Origin: Eledone cirrhosa
Lineage: Eukaryota
Length of the DNA: 64,000 nucleotides
Assembly (NCBI GenBank): GCA_964016885.1
Contig: OZ024745.1
Span: 35,650,001-35,714,000 of the forward strand
Reading direction: 5' to 3'
Shown here: piece by piece, positions 29,241-41,832 of the stretch
Layout of the letters: each line of letters starts with the position of its first letter
Position numbering within the stretch: the first letter of the stretch is position 1
The notes under the pieces: model-generated
Seen by the model: the letters and a program-made list of their open reading frames with translations, nothing else
What the model was told of the DNA's origin: nothing
The model's database searches: none
Program-made: the position numbers and the translations under genes

Positions 29241-30422
29241 GTATATATGCATCTGATTATCGATGTGTGTTTTTAATTGTGTGTGTACTATTATTTATTG
29301 TGTCAATAATGAGCAACGTCAACACAACACACAGCAGGAATAAATCTAAGCATCAAACAAATAAATAAATAAAGGACATAGAAAGGAAATTATATTAGAA
29401 ACCTAGTAAATATTTGTATCTAAAAGAATCCACGAAGCAAACATTAAAGCACTATATGAAGTAATTAGCAGCTCCAACAACTGAAACAACGGTCACACTA
29501 CAAGAACTTTGTGAAAATTCATCAGGAATACCACATAGAGAGAAACATGCCCACAAAAAGCCAATAAAACACATATTTTAATGTAGTTCATAGCCTTGAC
29601 ATTTTCATTTATCATGCATCAGAAAAACAATAGAACATTTCCCAAACCAGGGAGCTTGATATAATCGGAAACACACATCTAAAATCAATTAACCTTTCTC
29701 AACAACATCTTCAATTATTTATTCAGCTATTGCCGAATTTTAAATAAAAACGAAATTAGAACAATTTTCAAAAACACACAGGTTCTCAACTAAATTACCA
29801 CCTTATAATCACATAATTCACTTGTACGAATGCAAACATTCATTTCGTAGTTTTTTATATATTTTTTCCAAATAACTGCATATGACATGCCAAAAATCTG
29901 GGTAGCATCCTCATAGTGTACTCTCTCTGATCCGTTAGAAACATTCATCCATGTCTGCACTATGCTTATATGAAATAGGTATAAGTATTTGAGTATCTGC
30001 ATCTAGATTTACTTTACACGTAGGTGTTGAACTGTCTATGGTCGCCACGACGAATGTTCCAATAATTTGATCAACTGAACAGACTACTCATGAAGTTAAC
30101 GTACCAGTGACTAGTCCTTCCACTGACATATTTATCAGGGATATTCAGCTTGAGAGTGTGTGACAGGGTTAGCACTTTGTATTATAGTCACAACACCTTT
30201 TTGATTGCTGAGAACACAAATGCACCAGCTAAAATCAAACTCACAAACGTGTGATCGGAAGCCGAACACACTAACCTTATGTCATGCGCCCTCCAAATTT
30301 ATTTGATTTTTTTCCAGTCTCTTAAAGTCCTTTGACAAATTCAACAACGAATATTCTGCTTGTACATACAAAATATTTCTTCATATCACTCACGATTATA
30401 TAGTGTAAATATACATTATACT

Positions 30423-30492
<70 letters not shown>

Positions 30493-31334
30493 CGAATATA
30501 CACACATACATATATATATGTGTGTGTGTGTGTGCGTATATACGAATATACACACATACATACATATATATATATATAGGCATATATGTGTATAATCATC
30601 ATTGTACAGTTTAAAATTTTGTCTGAGAGGTAGCTGTCAAACCTCAATAGCGAGATGAAGTACCAGCACAAGGTATGGTAAAGGATATTTGTGTGTTTAG
30701 TCATGTGAACCACTCCTGTATATGACACAATGTTACAGAAATCAATGACACAAGATGTTGACTCAAAAACCGATTTGAAGATGGAAAGGAAAAGGTAACC
30801 ATATAATCACTCTAAAACACACGGTTTACGATATAATGTACATACACACGGGCATACGCAACACACATACACACACACACATACACACACACACACAGAG
30901 GCATACTTATATTATATACATTTAGTCATATAAATGAATATATATATATATAGAAAATATATATAAAAAATATAAATATATACGTTTACATATGTATAAA
31001 TGTATATACGCAGCACCCACATGCACACACTCACTCACACACATTGACACACACACGCATTCACACACACTCACACACGCACACTTATACACACACACAC
31101 ACAAACACACACATATATATATATATATATATATGTGTATGTGTGCATGTGGGTGTGAGTGTGTGTACATACATATACATACACACACACACATATATAT
31201 ATACACCCAATCGAAGAAAAAGAAGAAGAAGAAGAAGAAGAAGGGGGACGAGAAGGCGAAAAAGTTATATGGAGATGTAATAATATGTGAACGCAGATGT
31301 TATAGATATTTCAGTGACGAAGACAATTTAAATG

Positions 31335-31366
<32 letters not shown>

Positions 31367-31435
31367 GGGGGGGGGTGTATGTGTGTGTGTGTGTATGTGT
31401 GTGTGTGTGCAAGTGTGTGTGTGTGTGTGTGTGTG

Positions 31436-31523
<88 letters not shown>

Positions 31524-33403
31524 TTTGTGGTTGTGGTTTTGTGTGACTGGAATATGTAGAATATCTTTACACGTATACATCTCATCTCAGTCAATGATGA
31601 ATCATATTTACATATAGTTCCGGCGCTATGATTAGGCCTACTAGGGAGACAAACTTAGAAAGACGCATTACTAAACCTGAAATTATCATTGTTTTATACA
31701 AATTTGTAAATGAAATTGAACGTATAATAATACCATACACTATGGTAGGCGTGTCTGATAAGTCGCCCCCACAACTCTCCCGGGAATAAATAGGCGAAGA
31801 AGATGAAATGCACCATACACTTGGTTTGACAGGTTGCCAAACGTCAAATTGGAATTATTTCATTCGGGAGAATGGCTCGTATAACTGTGAGAAAAAACCC
31901 GCGCATTGTAGGGCTAGTATAGTATATTAAATATCCGGGCGCCGGCACTGTTTACATAGTTGGATGACTTATTAAATACAGTAGTCAGATCTTTGTGATA
32001 CATTGGTGAATACGTTTCATATTAATAATTTTATTTATATCGAATATATATATATGAATGGTTTGGATTTTTGTCAATTTAGCTGTATATTTACATGGTT
32101 GATTGAAACAGTAACAAAAACTTCGTGACCTCAAACCCTAACAAGTTTGAAATGTGAAAGGAGAATTCTTTAATGCATTTCTATATAAGAGAAAAATATG
32201 GTATGAAAGACTTTTTGTTCTGTTTTCAATTGCTTGATTAAAATTGATACCGGCTTAAGCAACATCTCTTTCATTAACGCCATTATTCATCTGTATTATG
32301 AAGTCACATACGTAGACTTAAAAATTCAACTTAAAAGTAAATTATATGAAATTAATATAATTGAACAATTGGATTGCTAACTTACCTTTTAAACTAATCT
32401 GGTTAATTATCACGAATTGTCATTCAAGGAAAAGCACGCACGCAAGCACACATGTGCACAAAATCTCATACTCGCACATGCACACACACTCACACACACA
32501 CACACAGAGAGAAAAACATACATACTCATAAAACATTTATGGTTAAACTTCTCAAAAATTAACGTAATTATAAATAGTTGCTATCGTGCCACATGAATAA
32601 ATAAATACATAATTCAAAAATATGCATATGGTACGTGTGTGTATCAATGTTTCTGTGTGTGTAATCATGCACGTGTTTGTGCCTATGTATGAATGTAACC
32701 ATGTACATATGCATATATCTATTTCACTATACAAATATTTGCACTCGTTTTTAATAAGTATAAAAAATATATTGGAGAAAATTATTCCTAACAATTTTCT
32801 TTAAATAAATATTTCCCTCCGCACATCTGGCTTGAATAAATAACTCTTATCTGATGAGATCTAGTTCGACAGAAACATAGCCGTAGTTGTCACCGTGAAT
32901 AATATACTACTAATATACTACTGAAATATAACGGTAGCAGTAATTCAGATTCCCACTTAAACATGGTCATTCAGTTTTATTTGAAATATATTTATATTGA
33001 TTGAAATGATCCAACTTTTTCTTCGAAAGTCGAAGCCAATTTATATATTCACTTTCGAAAAATAAGGCAAATTTCATTTGATTTACTTACATTTCTTACA
33101 TCACCATCTGTATGCTCTAATATACTGATGATGTAAATGCGTGTGTGTATGTATCGAAGCATATATATATTGTATGTATTCATGTAAGCATATTAGCATC
33201 TATATATGTTCCTCTAGTGTCCTTAAAATTGTTCAAGCCAATAGAGAAGCCGTTTACTAAACCAAACACATACGCTTTCCTAGGAATTTGGACAACAACG
33301 ACAAAGTAGTCGAGTGTGCATATATGAATGCATGCTTATATACATGTATATATGTATGGAAAAAGTAAACAGAAACAAAAGAGAAAACTATACAGTACAC
33401 ACT

Positions 33404-33476
<73 letters not shown>

Positions 33477-33477
<1 letters not shown>

Positions 33478-33631
33478 ACGAAGGAACCAGATGGACCATA
33501 ACGCACCAAAGGACTCAATACTTAGGGTAGTAGAGTGGGTAATAAGAACAAGTATGACCCCGACGGCAGAGCTCAAGCCAGAATTAGCCGTCGAAACGGC
33601 TTGAGCTCTGCCGTCGGGTCATACTTGTTCC
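33477..33631 (-). mobile_element. Family A fold-back module
   Basis: Tail plus palindrome gaacaagtatgaccccgacggcagagctcaagcc...ggcttgagctctgccgtcgggtcatacttgttc. Confidence 0.75.
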
Positions 33632-33663
<32 letters not shown>

Positions 33664-34209
33664 GCTTATATATAAAACTATCTATCTACCTCTCTATGTA
33701 TATGCACATGCCTGTATATGTAGGAGAACGGTTGATATTGCTTGTGTGGATCTTATATTTTGAAAGATATACATATACGTGGGTATATGTACATATTACA
33801 GGTTTCTAGAAATTCTTTATGTCTCTATGTATATATGTATCTAACTGTGCATGTATGTATAAATGTGACCGTGTATGTTTGGAAAAGTATATATGTATGT
33901 ATAGTATGTCTTTAAGCTTGTGTGCATGTAGGTGCGTGTGTGAATGTGTATGTTTGCATGTACTCATTTAAGTTTATACGTAAATATGAATGTGTTTATA
34001 GTCTCTCTACTTTCGCTCAATACAGAAATAGATAAATCATTAAATTTGAGTCTGTGAAAATTATCAACGCTGGCAGATTGACAATATTATGGTCCACAAT
34101 CAATCAGTTAATCAATCAGACAACGGATCGATGAATCAATTAATATTTCAATCTATCAAGATTTCAATAAAATTATAACCTCCACCCACAGTCCCTTGCC
34201 TGCGTGTAT

Positions 34210-34264
<55 letters not shown>

Positions 34265-34354
34265 TATAACGTCATGTTTTCTCACTGATTAAATACCAAT
34301 CTTATATGAGATAAGAATAAGAATGCACAACCTAAATTCATTTACGTCCATCAA

Positions 34355-34636
<282 letters not shown>

Positions 34637-34795
34637 AAATCAGACATATGTATATATATTTATATGATTATATATATATATATGAATATAGATATGTGCA
34701 AAACCTAAAATAAACATAGTAAGTTCCTAGGAAACCTTTAGATTTGGAAAAATCTAATAATTTCCCCGAAAAAAGATTTTCTTTTCATAAGCTGA

Positions 34796-34854
34796 GTCGT
34801 CTGAAGAGCTCAGTCTATCATAATTGATAGTCCTTATGGAAATATGTATAATGG
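34796..34854 (+). ncRNA. Degenerate hammerhead motif
   Basis: gtcgt-CTGAAGA-...ctatca-taat-tgatag...-GAAA-tatgta-TA-atgg. The base of stem II is poorly paired. Confidence 0.45.
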
Positions 34855-35042
34855 AGCTTTAAATATACCTGAATCAACTGAATATGGCCTCTGATCTTTT
34901 TTATTAATATATAATGCCCCGTCTTGTACCAGTTATACACGTCGTTAAGCGCTACTTTTCATCAGCTATACAACCAACAGACCATGGTGTGATCCACACA
35001 TCCCTGTTCTGTTAACCCATTATCCACTCTCTCTCAATCACC

Positions 35043-35125
<83 letters not shown>

Positions 35126-35414
35126 GACAGTTTCATACTAGACGGAAATAAGGTAGATTGACCAGTGCAATATGGTGACTGGAATTAGGTAGGCAGAAAC
35201 GATGCGGACGTGTGTATACAACATGCCTTACACCGGTCTAAACCTGGTGTAAGGCATGCTGTATCCTTTTATATACAGTGACATTACGTATCGTTCAATT
35301 GAGATCGATAAGATAAGTAGCAGATTATAATAATGATTATGGTCAATATCATATGATCGATTGAGTCAATGAATGTGGGGGGGTGGGGTAGCTTTGCAGC
35401 AGGCAAATAACTGA

Positions 35415-35480
<66 letters not shown>

Positions 35481-35481
<1 letters not shown>

Positions 35482-36675
35482 CACAACTTACTTACTTTCC
35501 CTATTCTTCCACGGTTACTTTTTTGCATGGTTCTTTCACCTGTCTTCCCACGATGGAAACTGTACATTTTTTTTCTCCTATTCCTTTTCCCTTCCCCCTT
35601 TCCTCCTCTCTCTTCATCCTCCCCCCTCCCGTTCTTCCACTTTTCCGTCTCTTTCCTTTTCTCTCTCCTTTTTTCTCCCCTTGTTTTTCTCTCTTTCTCT
35701 CTCCTTTTCCACCTGGCCTTTTGATTAATAAAAGGCCTCGGGCGCACCCGAAATACATCGGTTCGGAAAACATTTACAGCTGACGATGGAAACTCCTTTC
35801 CTCGTTTCTCCTCCTGTTCCGTCCTAACCACCATCCTAGACTTTGGTTTTAGTAACCACACATCTCCTTTCGTTTCATAATTTTTTGTATTTACCGCTGT
35901 GACCCTACCTGCTTTGGTGGATCTGTGTTCCCTCCACACTTTCGCATCGACCCTCCCTTCTCTCTTCCCTTAACCTCCTCACTCTCGTTTTTCTTTCTCT
36001 CTATATCCATCCGTTCGCTTTTGATTGTTGACATGTTTACACGTGCCGTGGTGGCTTCTCTGTCCGCAAGCTTTGCGGCACGTTTTTACCACCATCGTAA
36101 AAAACCCTTCTGGATTATCTCCCTTTCCCTTCTCCTCCCTTTTGGTTTCCCGTGTCTCTCTCTCACTTTCTCCTGTCTATGTGAGAGGCAGCACGGTTAT
36201 ACCAGCTCTGAGTCGTAGCTGACCCCCAGGCTAAAGTCTCCCAGGTTGGCCACAACTTACTTTCTCTATTTTTCCACGGTTACTTTTTTGCATGTTTCTT
36301 TCACCTGTGTCTTCCCACGTTGGGACCTGTACACTTTTTTTTTCTCCTATTCCTTTTCCCTTCCTCCTTTCTTCCTCTATCCTCATCCTTTTCCCCCTGT
36401 TCTACCCCCCTTTCCCTCTCTTTCCTTTTTCTCTCTTTTTTTCTCCCCTTTTTTTCTCTCTTTCTTTCTCCTTTTCCACCTGGCCTTTTGATTAATAAAA
36501 GGCCTCGGGCGCACCCGAAATACTCCGATGGCCTGTAATTCAGCGCCGAAACATCAGTTCGAGGAACATTTACAGCTGACGATAGAAACTCCTTTCTTCC
36601 TTTCTCCCCCTGTGCTGTCCTAACCACCATCCTAAAGCTTGTTTTTAGTAACCACACAGCTCCTCTCGTTTCATA

Positions 36676-36676
<1 letters not shown>
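35481..36676. mobile_element. TA-flanked element with ~400-bp direct repeats (possible tandem-pLTR PLE remnant)
   Basis: 35481-35880 and 36250-36676 are diverged direct repeats with stacked hairpins (ggcctttt..aaaaggcc; tcggg-cgca-cccga). The PLE assignment is inference. Confidence 0.5.
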
Positions 36677-36716
<40 letters not shown>

Positions 36717-36718
<2 letters not shown>

Positions 36719-36783
36719 ATACACTTCAACATTCCTATTAGGATGCTGTTGAAGTGTGTATACATTTTTTGGGACACACTGTA
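36717..36783. mobile_element. Tc1/mariner-like terminal remnant with hairpin
   Basis: ttttttgggacacactgTA is the reverse complement of TAcagtgtgtcccaaaaaa. Preceded by hairpin tatacacttcaaca...tgttgaagtgtgtata. Confidence 0.4.
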
Positions 36784-36792
36784 TATATATAT

Positions 36793-36826
<34 letters not shown>

Positions 36827-36859
36827 GACTATTTATGAATCTGCTTCGCTATCATGAAA

Positions 36860-37135
36860 CCCCGAGTTCAATCCCATTGCGTTCTGTCTAGGGCAAGCGT
36901 CACTTATTATAACTTGAAATGTGAAGGAAATTGTGTAGATGACACTCTGTGGAAGACCGTATGATAGGCTCTAATTGTAATTCTATGGCTTAAATCCATC
37001 ACAAACTGTGCCTCCCTGAGAATTACGTAAAATGTACAAGTGAATAAAGAATGCTCAGTCACGTATGTGTTAATTTTACTGATCGAACTACTGGAAAGCT
37101 CATCACCGAAATTGTTGGAGGTCCATTCCATTAGT
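36860..37135 (+). mobile_element. Decayed tRNA-derived SINE (second family)
   Basis: B-box-like gagttcaatccc followed by gggcaagcgtc. Related copies at 56295-56540 (+), 16995-17245 (-) and 30040-30290 (-). Confidence 0.5.
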
Positions 37136-37621
37136 AAAATGTACACTTTCTGTAGAAATGTATTTAGAATATATTAGATATTTAAAACTTTTCTGATACT
37201 TTTATAGGTAAGTAAGAATCTCAGCAAGAAATGATAACTTGTTGGCTATGTAGGTTGCTACATGCGTAGGTTAACAGGTACACATCTAAGTATATCAGTG
37301 GAAAACGAACTAGCTGTCACCTTGATTCAGCTGATTTACACATGTATTCGGTAATGGATATTTATAGATTTATGCATATTTCAGTGATTATGCTATGATT
37401 ATGCTTCGCCGAACATTTTCAATGACACGTAGCTTTGGTAGCTGTTTTATTTCTTTCTTTCTTATATTTATTTGTTTATTTCTCTATTTGTTTAATGGCA
37501 CCTGTATATATAAAGCCTAAGGAGTGTACATGTACAAGTACGATTTCAAATACATGTCAAAGCACATGCACACTCACATTGACACACACGCACACACATA
37601 CACGCAAACACACACACACAC

Positions 37622-37733
<112 letters not shown>

Positions 37734-37878
37734 CTTCCACCTATCCAAACCTACTTAGTAAACATTGAACATTAGGATATATTAGTAACATTGTTGAGTA
37801 GTTGTATCGAGTCCGCATTTTCTGTTGTGTGAAACAAATCTCAACCACACAACCGTACCCTCGTGTATATAGATATAA

Positions 37879-38515
37879 TTCGTTTTTGAATTTGTTTTGC
37901 GAGCGAGGTTTCTTATCTGAAAACATGTGTTGAAACAGATATTGTTACACTTTGGGACGGTCATGTTGCCAATACAAACACACGCACCTGTTGTTTTCAC
38001 TTCATTTTATTATAAATTTCTGGTTGGTTGGTTGGTTCGATAACCGGAAGGCTGTTTATATATTGTCAAAGCTCTTTCGTCACACATTCTGTAACCTCCT
38101 CATCGACTAGGTTTTTATTCATCGAACTAATCAACCAACCGGAAATCTATATATCTAAAACAGAGAATGTTTGTCTGTCTGTCTGTCTGACTCCATAAAA
38201 CTCGAGAACCACCCAACCGACTATTTTCAAACTTTACACATGTAATGTTTATGGTCTTTTTAGATAGATACATAGATATAACGTTGCGCCCTTATAATAT
38301 CTGTCTGTATGTCTGGCCGTCTGCATTACGACATTATGACTCTATATGTGTGTGTGTATATATATGTATATACAGTGTGTGTACATATATATATATAGTG
38401 TGTAAAATGTTTCGAAATATTTACTTCTGCGTTCACAGATTGACGTTTTTAGTTTCAGAAGATCCCATTAAGTTTGAAAGCAGTGATTCTTTGCTTAAAC
38501 TTTAATCTGTTATTA

Positions 38516-38546
<31 letters not shown>

Positions 38547-38874
38547 TATATTCGTGTACAGATATCTTTGCATACACAATAACAAAATATAAACAAAAGT
38601 ATTTATTTCGCGATAAAGTATTGATTTTGTTCGCACGGAAAAAAATTCCTGGTAATCTATGACCAATTTTGTTTATAGGCACAACATGTAGACACCATCC
38701 CGAGGCCGAGGTATTCCGTACTTCTCTGTACTGTTTCAGAAAGGAGGGATAAACATGCAAATCTATGTTTAGAATCACGAGCAACGCCGGGCCGTTCTGC
38801 TAGTTTATAATAAATTGGAGTGAAAATCACAGGTGCGTGTGTTTTTATTGACAACATGATCCTCCCAAAGTCTA

Positions 38875-38878
<4 letters not shown>
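37879..38878 (-). mobile_element. Older, shorter copy of the 39969-40950 PLE family, with its inverted arm interrupted by a Helitron
   Basis: 37879-38110 aligns to 39969-40225 (tail, pLTR, degenerate HHR at 38065-38107). 38129-38145 joined to 38804-38878 is the reverse complement of ~37943-38035. Confidence 0.75.
38146..38803 (+). mobile_element. Non-autonomous Helitron
   Basis: 5' end is TCTATATATCTAAAA followed by (GTCT)n. 3' end is an imperfect GC hairpin (cacgagcaacgccggg, ~38776-38791) then CTAG. Inserted between A and T with no target-site duplication. Removing it restores ggaaa|tttataataaa, which matches the opposite arm. Confidence 0.75.
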
Positions 38879-38908
<30 letters not shown>

Positions 38909-39153
38909 GTATTTGTGTGTGTGTTTGTGTGAATAAATAGGTTTTTTTAAATGATAGAAATTAATTTTTCCATTGATACACTTGTTTATATTTACTCTTT
39001 GTTCATGCCTGCACCTCCAAATATTTCTCACTAAAAACTTCTTTATCATCAAACCTTTATATTATTGAGCTGATCCTGAAAAGAGGTGGCAATTGTATAC
39101 TAGCAATATAATTCTCTACTTTCCTTCGAGCATTGTTTGTATAATACTACCTT

Positions 39154-39360
<207 letters not shown>

Positions 39361-39822
39361 CTATTAAACAATGAAAGTGGAACAAAAGTCGAAGATAGGT
39401 TCTTAATTAGTTCATTGTTTTACGATACGTTTAGAGGCCTGATTCATCATTGTAAATCGATATATTGACTAATATATAGCAATTATGTCACTAGCTATTG
39501 ATCGGGGATATTGAGGCTAGAAAGACCTGGTGACATAACTATTACCTATTAGTCAATATATCTATTTTCCATGATCAATGAACCCTCTGAAACGATCGTA
39601 AACAATGAGCTAATTAAGAAACTATCTTTGTCTTTCATTGTTCTATACACATATATATACAATGATTCTGTAGCTCGATTAGAATACTTTATGGAACCTT
39701 ATGCGATGAGAGCCTACTACATAAACTATAGCTCTCACCACATCATCTCCTTGAAATTATCTTTTCAATACTGCATTAGTTCTATCAATATTATTGACAC
39801 CACTGTAAGCAAGTGGATTTAA

Positions 39823-39870
<48 letters not shown>

Positions 39871-40179
39871 GGTGTTGGATGCGTAAAGCATCCGTATGCG
39901 GAAGGCCGTATGAGCACTCGATGCCCTCGTAGAGCAGAATATGATATCATGATATATATATATATATATTTCGTTTCTGAATTTGTTTAGCAAGCTTCTT
40001 TATCTGAAATCGTGTGTTGAAACCGATATTGTTATACTTTGGGAGGGCCATGTTGCCAAAAAGAAACACACGCACCAGTTGCTTTCACTTCAATTTATTA
40101 TAATAAATTTAGGAATTTACAAATTTCTGGTTGGTTGGTTGGTTGGTTGGTTCCACAACCAGATAATTGTTTATATATT

Positions 40180-40222
40180 GTCAAAGTTCTTTCGTCACAC
40201 ATTCTGTGACCTCTTCAGTGAC
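40180..40222 (-). ncRNA. Type I hammerhead ribozyme motif (PLE pLTR)
   Basis: Minus strand: gtca-CTGAAGA-g-gtcaca-gaatg-tgtgac-GAAA-gaac-TT-tgac. Stem I is gtca/tgac; stem II has 6 bp. Confidence 0.7.
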
Positions 40223-40423
40223 TGGGGATTCTTTTCTTTGTTTTTGTGCCTCTCCTTTGGTCTGTCCTACGCCATATTGTTTCTGTGTGTGTGTTGTGTG
40301 CTCAGTCTGCGCATGCGCCACATCCAGGTGTCTGTGTGTGTTTATATTTGTTTATTTATTTGTTTATTTACATGTTACCGGTTGGTTGTTTGTTCTATGT
40401 GTGTGTGTGTTTTCATTTTGTCC

Positions 40424-40560
40424 TTAATTGTAAGTTGTGATGTTGCTGTTCCACTCATATTTTCTATTTAATTTTGGTTGTAATTCTTTTATGTTTATTG
40501 CCTCTGTGATTTGTCTAAACATTGCGTCTTTTCTGTGTGTAGATTCTATAGAATCTACAC
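40424..40560 (-). pseudogene. C-terminal fragment of a PLE GIY-YIG endonuclease
   Basis: End of ORF 40424-40762(-): VDSIESTHRKDAMFRQITEAINIKELQPKLNRKYEWNSNITTYN*. The upstream part of that ORF is only the inverted arm. Confidence 0.75.
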
Positions 40561-40761
40561 ACAATGAAAACACACACACACATAGAACAAACAAACAACC
40601 AACCGGTAACATGTAAATAAACAAATAAATAAACAAATATAAACACACACAGACACCCGGATGTGGCGCATGCGCAGACTGAGCACACAACACACACACA
40701 GAAACAAAATGGCGTAGGACAGAACAAAGGAGAGGCACAGAAACAAAGAAAGGAATCCCCA

Positions 40762-40804
40762 ATCACTGAAGAGGTCACAGAATGTGTGACGAAAGAACTT
40801 TGAC
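40762..40804 (+). ncRNA. Type I hammerhead ribozyme motif (inverted pLTR copy)
   Basis: atca-CTGAAGA-g-gtcaca-gaatg-tgtgac-GAAA-gaac-TT-tgac. Confidence 0.65.
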
Positions 40805-40942
40805 AATATATAAACAACTATCTGGTTGTGGAACCAACTAACCAACCAGAAATTTGTAAATTCCTAAATTTATTATAATAAATTGAAGTGAAAGCAACTG
40901 GTGCGTGTGTTTCTTATTGGCAACATGGCCCTCCCAAATTAT

Positions 40943-40995
<53 letters not shown>

Positions 40996-41187
40996 GAGGT
41001 AGAGAAAGAGAGAGACAAAGAGAAAGTCTAGTGGGAGAGAAGGGGTGAGGAGGGAGAAGGAGAAACAGAGAATAAATATATTAATACATGTGTTTATAAA
41101 GAAAGTTTATGAAATAGGATGTTACCCCTCGTAATGGCCATGGTTATACGGAACAGGAAGCTTCCTGTTCCGTTTAACCATGTCCAT

Positions 41188-41230
41188 TACGAGCTGAGGA
41201 TCCGCTAAGGTGAAACAATTGTTCTTGGTA
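41188..41230 (+). ncRNA. Minimal hammerhead motif
   Basis: tacgag-CTGAGGA-tcc-gctaa-ggt-GAAA-CAATTG (palindrome)-TT-cttggta. Preceded by fold-back 41128-41193. Confidence 0.55.
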
Positions 41231-41322
41231 TGGTGAACTAACTGTTGTGTAACCACTTCCACCTAACTCGTCCCATGGACTGAGTGCTCTACCACTACGG
41301 ATATTACCTTCCTGTGTTCTAC

Positions 41323-41384
<62 letters not shown>

Positions 41385-41506
41385 ATAATAATAAATTTAA
41401 AGACTAAAATCCAAAGAGGGCTCGCTAAGGATAAATATATATCAAATATACACAGCTCTCTCCCTCTCTCTCTCTCTCTCCCTCTCTCTGTATATATATA
41501 TATATA

Positions 41507-41665
41507 TTAAAATAACAGATTAAAGTTTAGGCAAAGAATCGCTGCTTTCATCCTTAAGGGTGAAAGCAGCGATTCTTTGCTTAAAGTTTAAGCAAAGAAT
41601 CGCTGCTTTCACCCTTAAGGATGAAAGCAGCGATTCTTTGCCTAAACTTTAATCTGTTATTTTAA
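41507..41665. repeat. Perfect 79-bp-arm palindrome whose arms are themselves hairpins (family B)
   Basis: 41507-41585 is the reverse complement of 41587-41665. Each arm contains gcaaagaatcgctgctttca-(t/c)ccttaagg(g/a)-tgaaagcagcgattctttgc. Confidence 0.9.
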
Positions 41666-41799
41666 TATATATATATATATATATACAGAGAGAGAGAGAG
41701 AGAGAGAGGGAGAGAGCTGTGTATGCATATGTGTATGTATGCACGTGTGTATGAGGTGCGGGATGGCACACACACATACGTCTCTCTCTCTCTCCCCCA

Positions 41800-41832
<33 letters not shown>

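Larger units (their letters stand above)
39969..40950 (-). mobile_element. 5'-truncated Penelope-like retroelement: inverted pLTR + GIY-YIG C-terminus + pLTR with HHR + 3' tail, between (TA)n tracts
   Basis: Arms 40026-40417 and 40563-40950 are near-identical inverted repeats. The spacer, read on the minus strand, encodes ...RQITEAINIKELQPKLNRKYEW, matching the R.I.EA..I....P.LN C-terminal GIY-YIG motif of PLEs. Each arm has an HHR core. 39969-40025 is an unpaired tail. (TA)n lies on both sides. Confidence 0.85.

Noticed and set aside
31744-31986. Possible mariner-like MITE
   Set aside because: Ends share only an ataagtc core; too degenerate to support.
32846-32890. CTGATGA...GAAA at 32851
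   Set aside because: Stem II and stem I do not pair convincingly and there is no TA-flanked module; likely chance.
35349-35939. 196-aa Lys/Arg/Glu-rich ORF
   Set aside because: Purine-rich low-complexity strand of the direct-repeat element, running into (TA)n.
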